From the NCBI GenBank assembly GCA_047617745.1, contig JBLGBN010000013.1, positions 1 through 26,625 on the forward strand: a stretch of DNA of 26,625 nucleotides. The letters are read 5' to 3'. Positions 26,421 to 26,625 of this stretch are shown here, one piece after another. This stretch comes from Candidatus Nanohaloarchaea archaeon (GTDB lineage: Archaea > Nanohalarchaeota > Nanosalinia > Nanosalinales > Nanosalinaceae). The first letter of the stretch is position 1. Each line of letters starts with the position of its first letter. Position numbers and translations under genes: made by a program. The notes beneath the pieces are model-generated. The model made no database searches, was not told where the DNA came from, and saw only the letters and a program-made list of their open reading frames with translations.

Positions 26421-26494
26421 TACTTGATCACCTTCTGCGGTGTTTTCTGTAGCTTTTCAGTTTCTAACGTGTTCATAGTATAAATTTGAATCAT
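26420..26494 (-). CDS. Candidate 24-aa mini-ORF MIQIYTMNTLETEKLQKTPQKVIK between rpoB'' and rpoB'
   Basis: Its own SD AGGTGATC contains the rpoB'' stop; ATG at 26494; its TAG overlaps the rpoB' GTG (TAGTG). Confidence 0.4.
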   Translation of the reverse strand: MIQIYTMNTLETEKLQKTPQKVIK

Positions 26495-26506
26495 TTTGAT
26501 CACCTT
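26424..26506. repeat. 11-bp direct repeat TTGATCACCTT (minus strand AAGGTGATCAA) at 26424-26434 and 26496-26506
   Basis: Read directly; copies are 72 bp apart. Confidence 0.85.
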
Positions 26507-26625
26507 GCGTCGATTCCTTCTTCCTCAAGTTTTGCTCTGATTGAGTTTTTCTCCATCTCGTTCATTCCTGTCGAAACGTTTGCTGACATAGCGAGGTGTG
26601 TTCGAAGCCCGATGTTCATACCTTC
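26500..26625 (-). CDS. rpoB2: DNA-directed RNA polymerase subunit B'' (Rpo2N), C-terminal end (not in the ORF track)
   Basis: Manual translation EGMNIGLRTHLAMSANVSTG...EEGIDAR*, matching the (ETP)EGxNxGL..LA..A.VS motif. Confidence 0.92.
   Translation of the reverse strand, partial: EGMNIGLRTHLAMSANVSTGMNEMEKNSIRAKLEEEGIDAR

Noticed and set aside
26420..26502. Readthrough or frameshift fusing rpoB'' and rpoB', or a spliced intron
   Set aside because: The rpoB' frame has a TGA 13 codons upstream of the GTG, rpoB' has its own SD, no clear slippery heptamer or bulge-helix-bulge was seen, and split rpoB is normal in many archaea.
1..26625. CRISPR array, rRNA, IS elements
   Set aside because: No regularly spaced repeats, intergenic gaps are all under about 170 bp apart from the tRNA region, and no transposase motifs were seen.

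Overview
Archaeal chromosomal window with a strongly acidic proteome, moderate GC, split rpoB and compact genes. This fits an extreme-halophile DPANN archaeon, most likely Nanohaloarchaeota (inference, no database search done). Almost everything is on the minus strand. The backbone is the conserved transcription/translation cluster rpoB''(partial)-rpoB'-rpoA'-rpoA''-nusA-rps12-rps7-fusA-tuf-rps10-tRNA-Ser(GGA), with no rpl30e. Four of its junctions (nusA/rps12, rps7/fusA, fusA/tuf, tuf/rps10) carry accessory genes: a Zn-ribbon protein, a UbiB/ABC1 kinase and a tail-anchored coiled-coil; DoxX, an MFS transporter and a HipA/PI3K-like kinase; an SDR, a GT4 and a hypothetical protein; and an acyltransferase. 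Downstream lie a divergent wHTH regulator/helical-bundle gene pair with a perfect palindromic operator, an mpg-cmk-archease-rtcB-small ORF repair cluster and the start of rpl3. Main observations: (1) an unannotated 24-codon ORF with its own SD, bracketed by an 11-bp direct repeat, between rpoB'' and rpoB'; (2) radical, possibly compensatory substitutions in the RNA polymerase bridge helix and trigger loop; (3) a structured rpl3 5' leader that can occlude the SD; (4) an orphan kinase-like gene divergent from fusA; (5) a trio of C-terminally membrane-anchored proteins between nusA and rps12. No CRISPR array, integrase, transposase or intein was seen.
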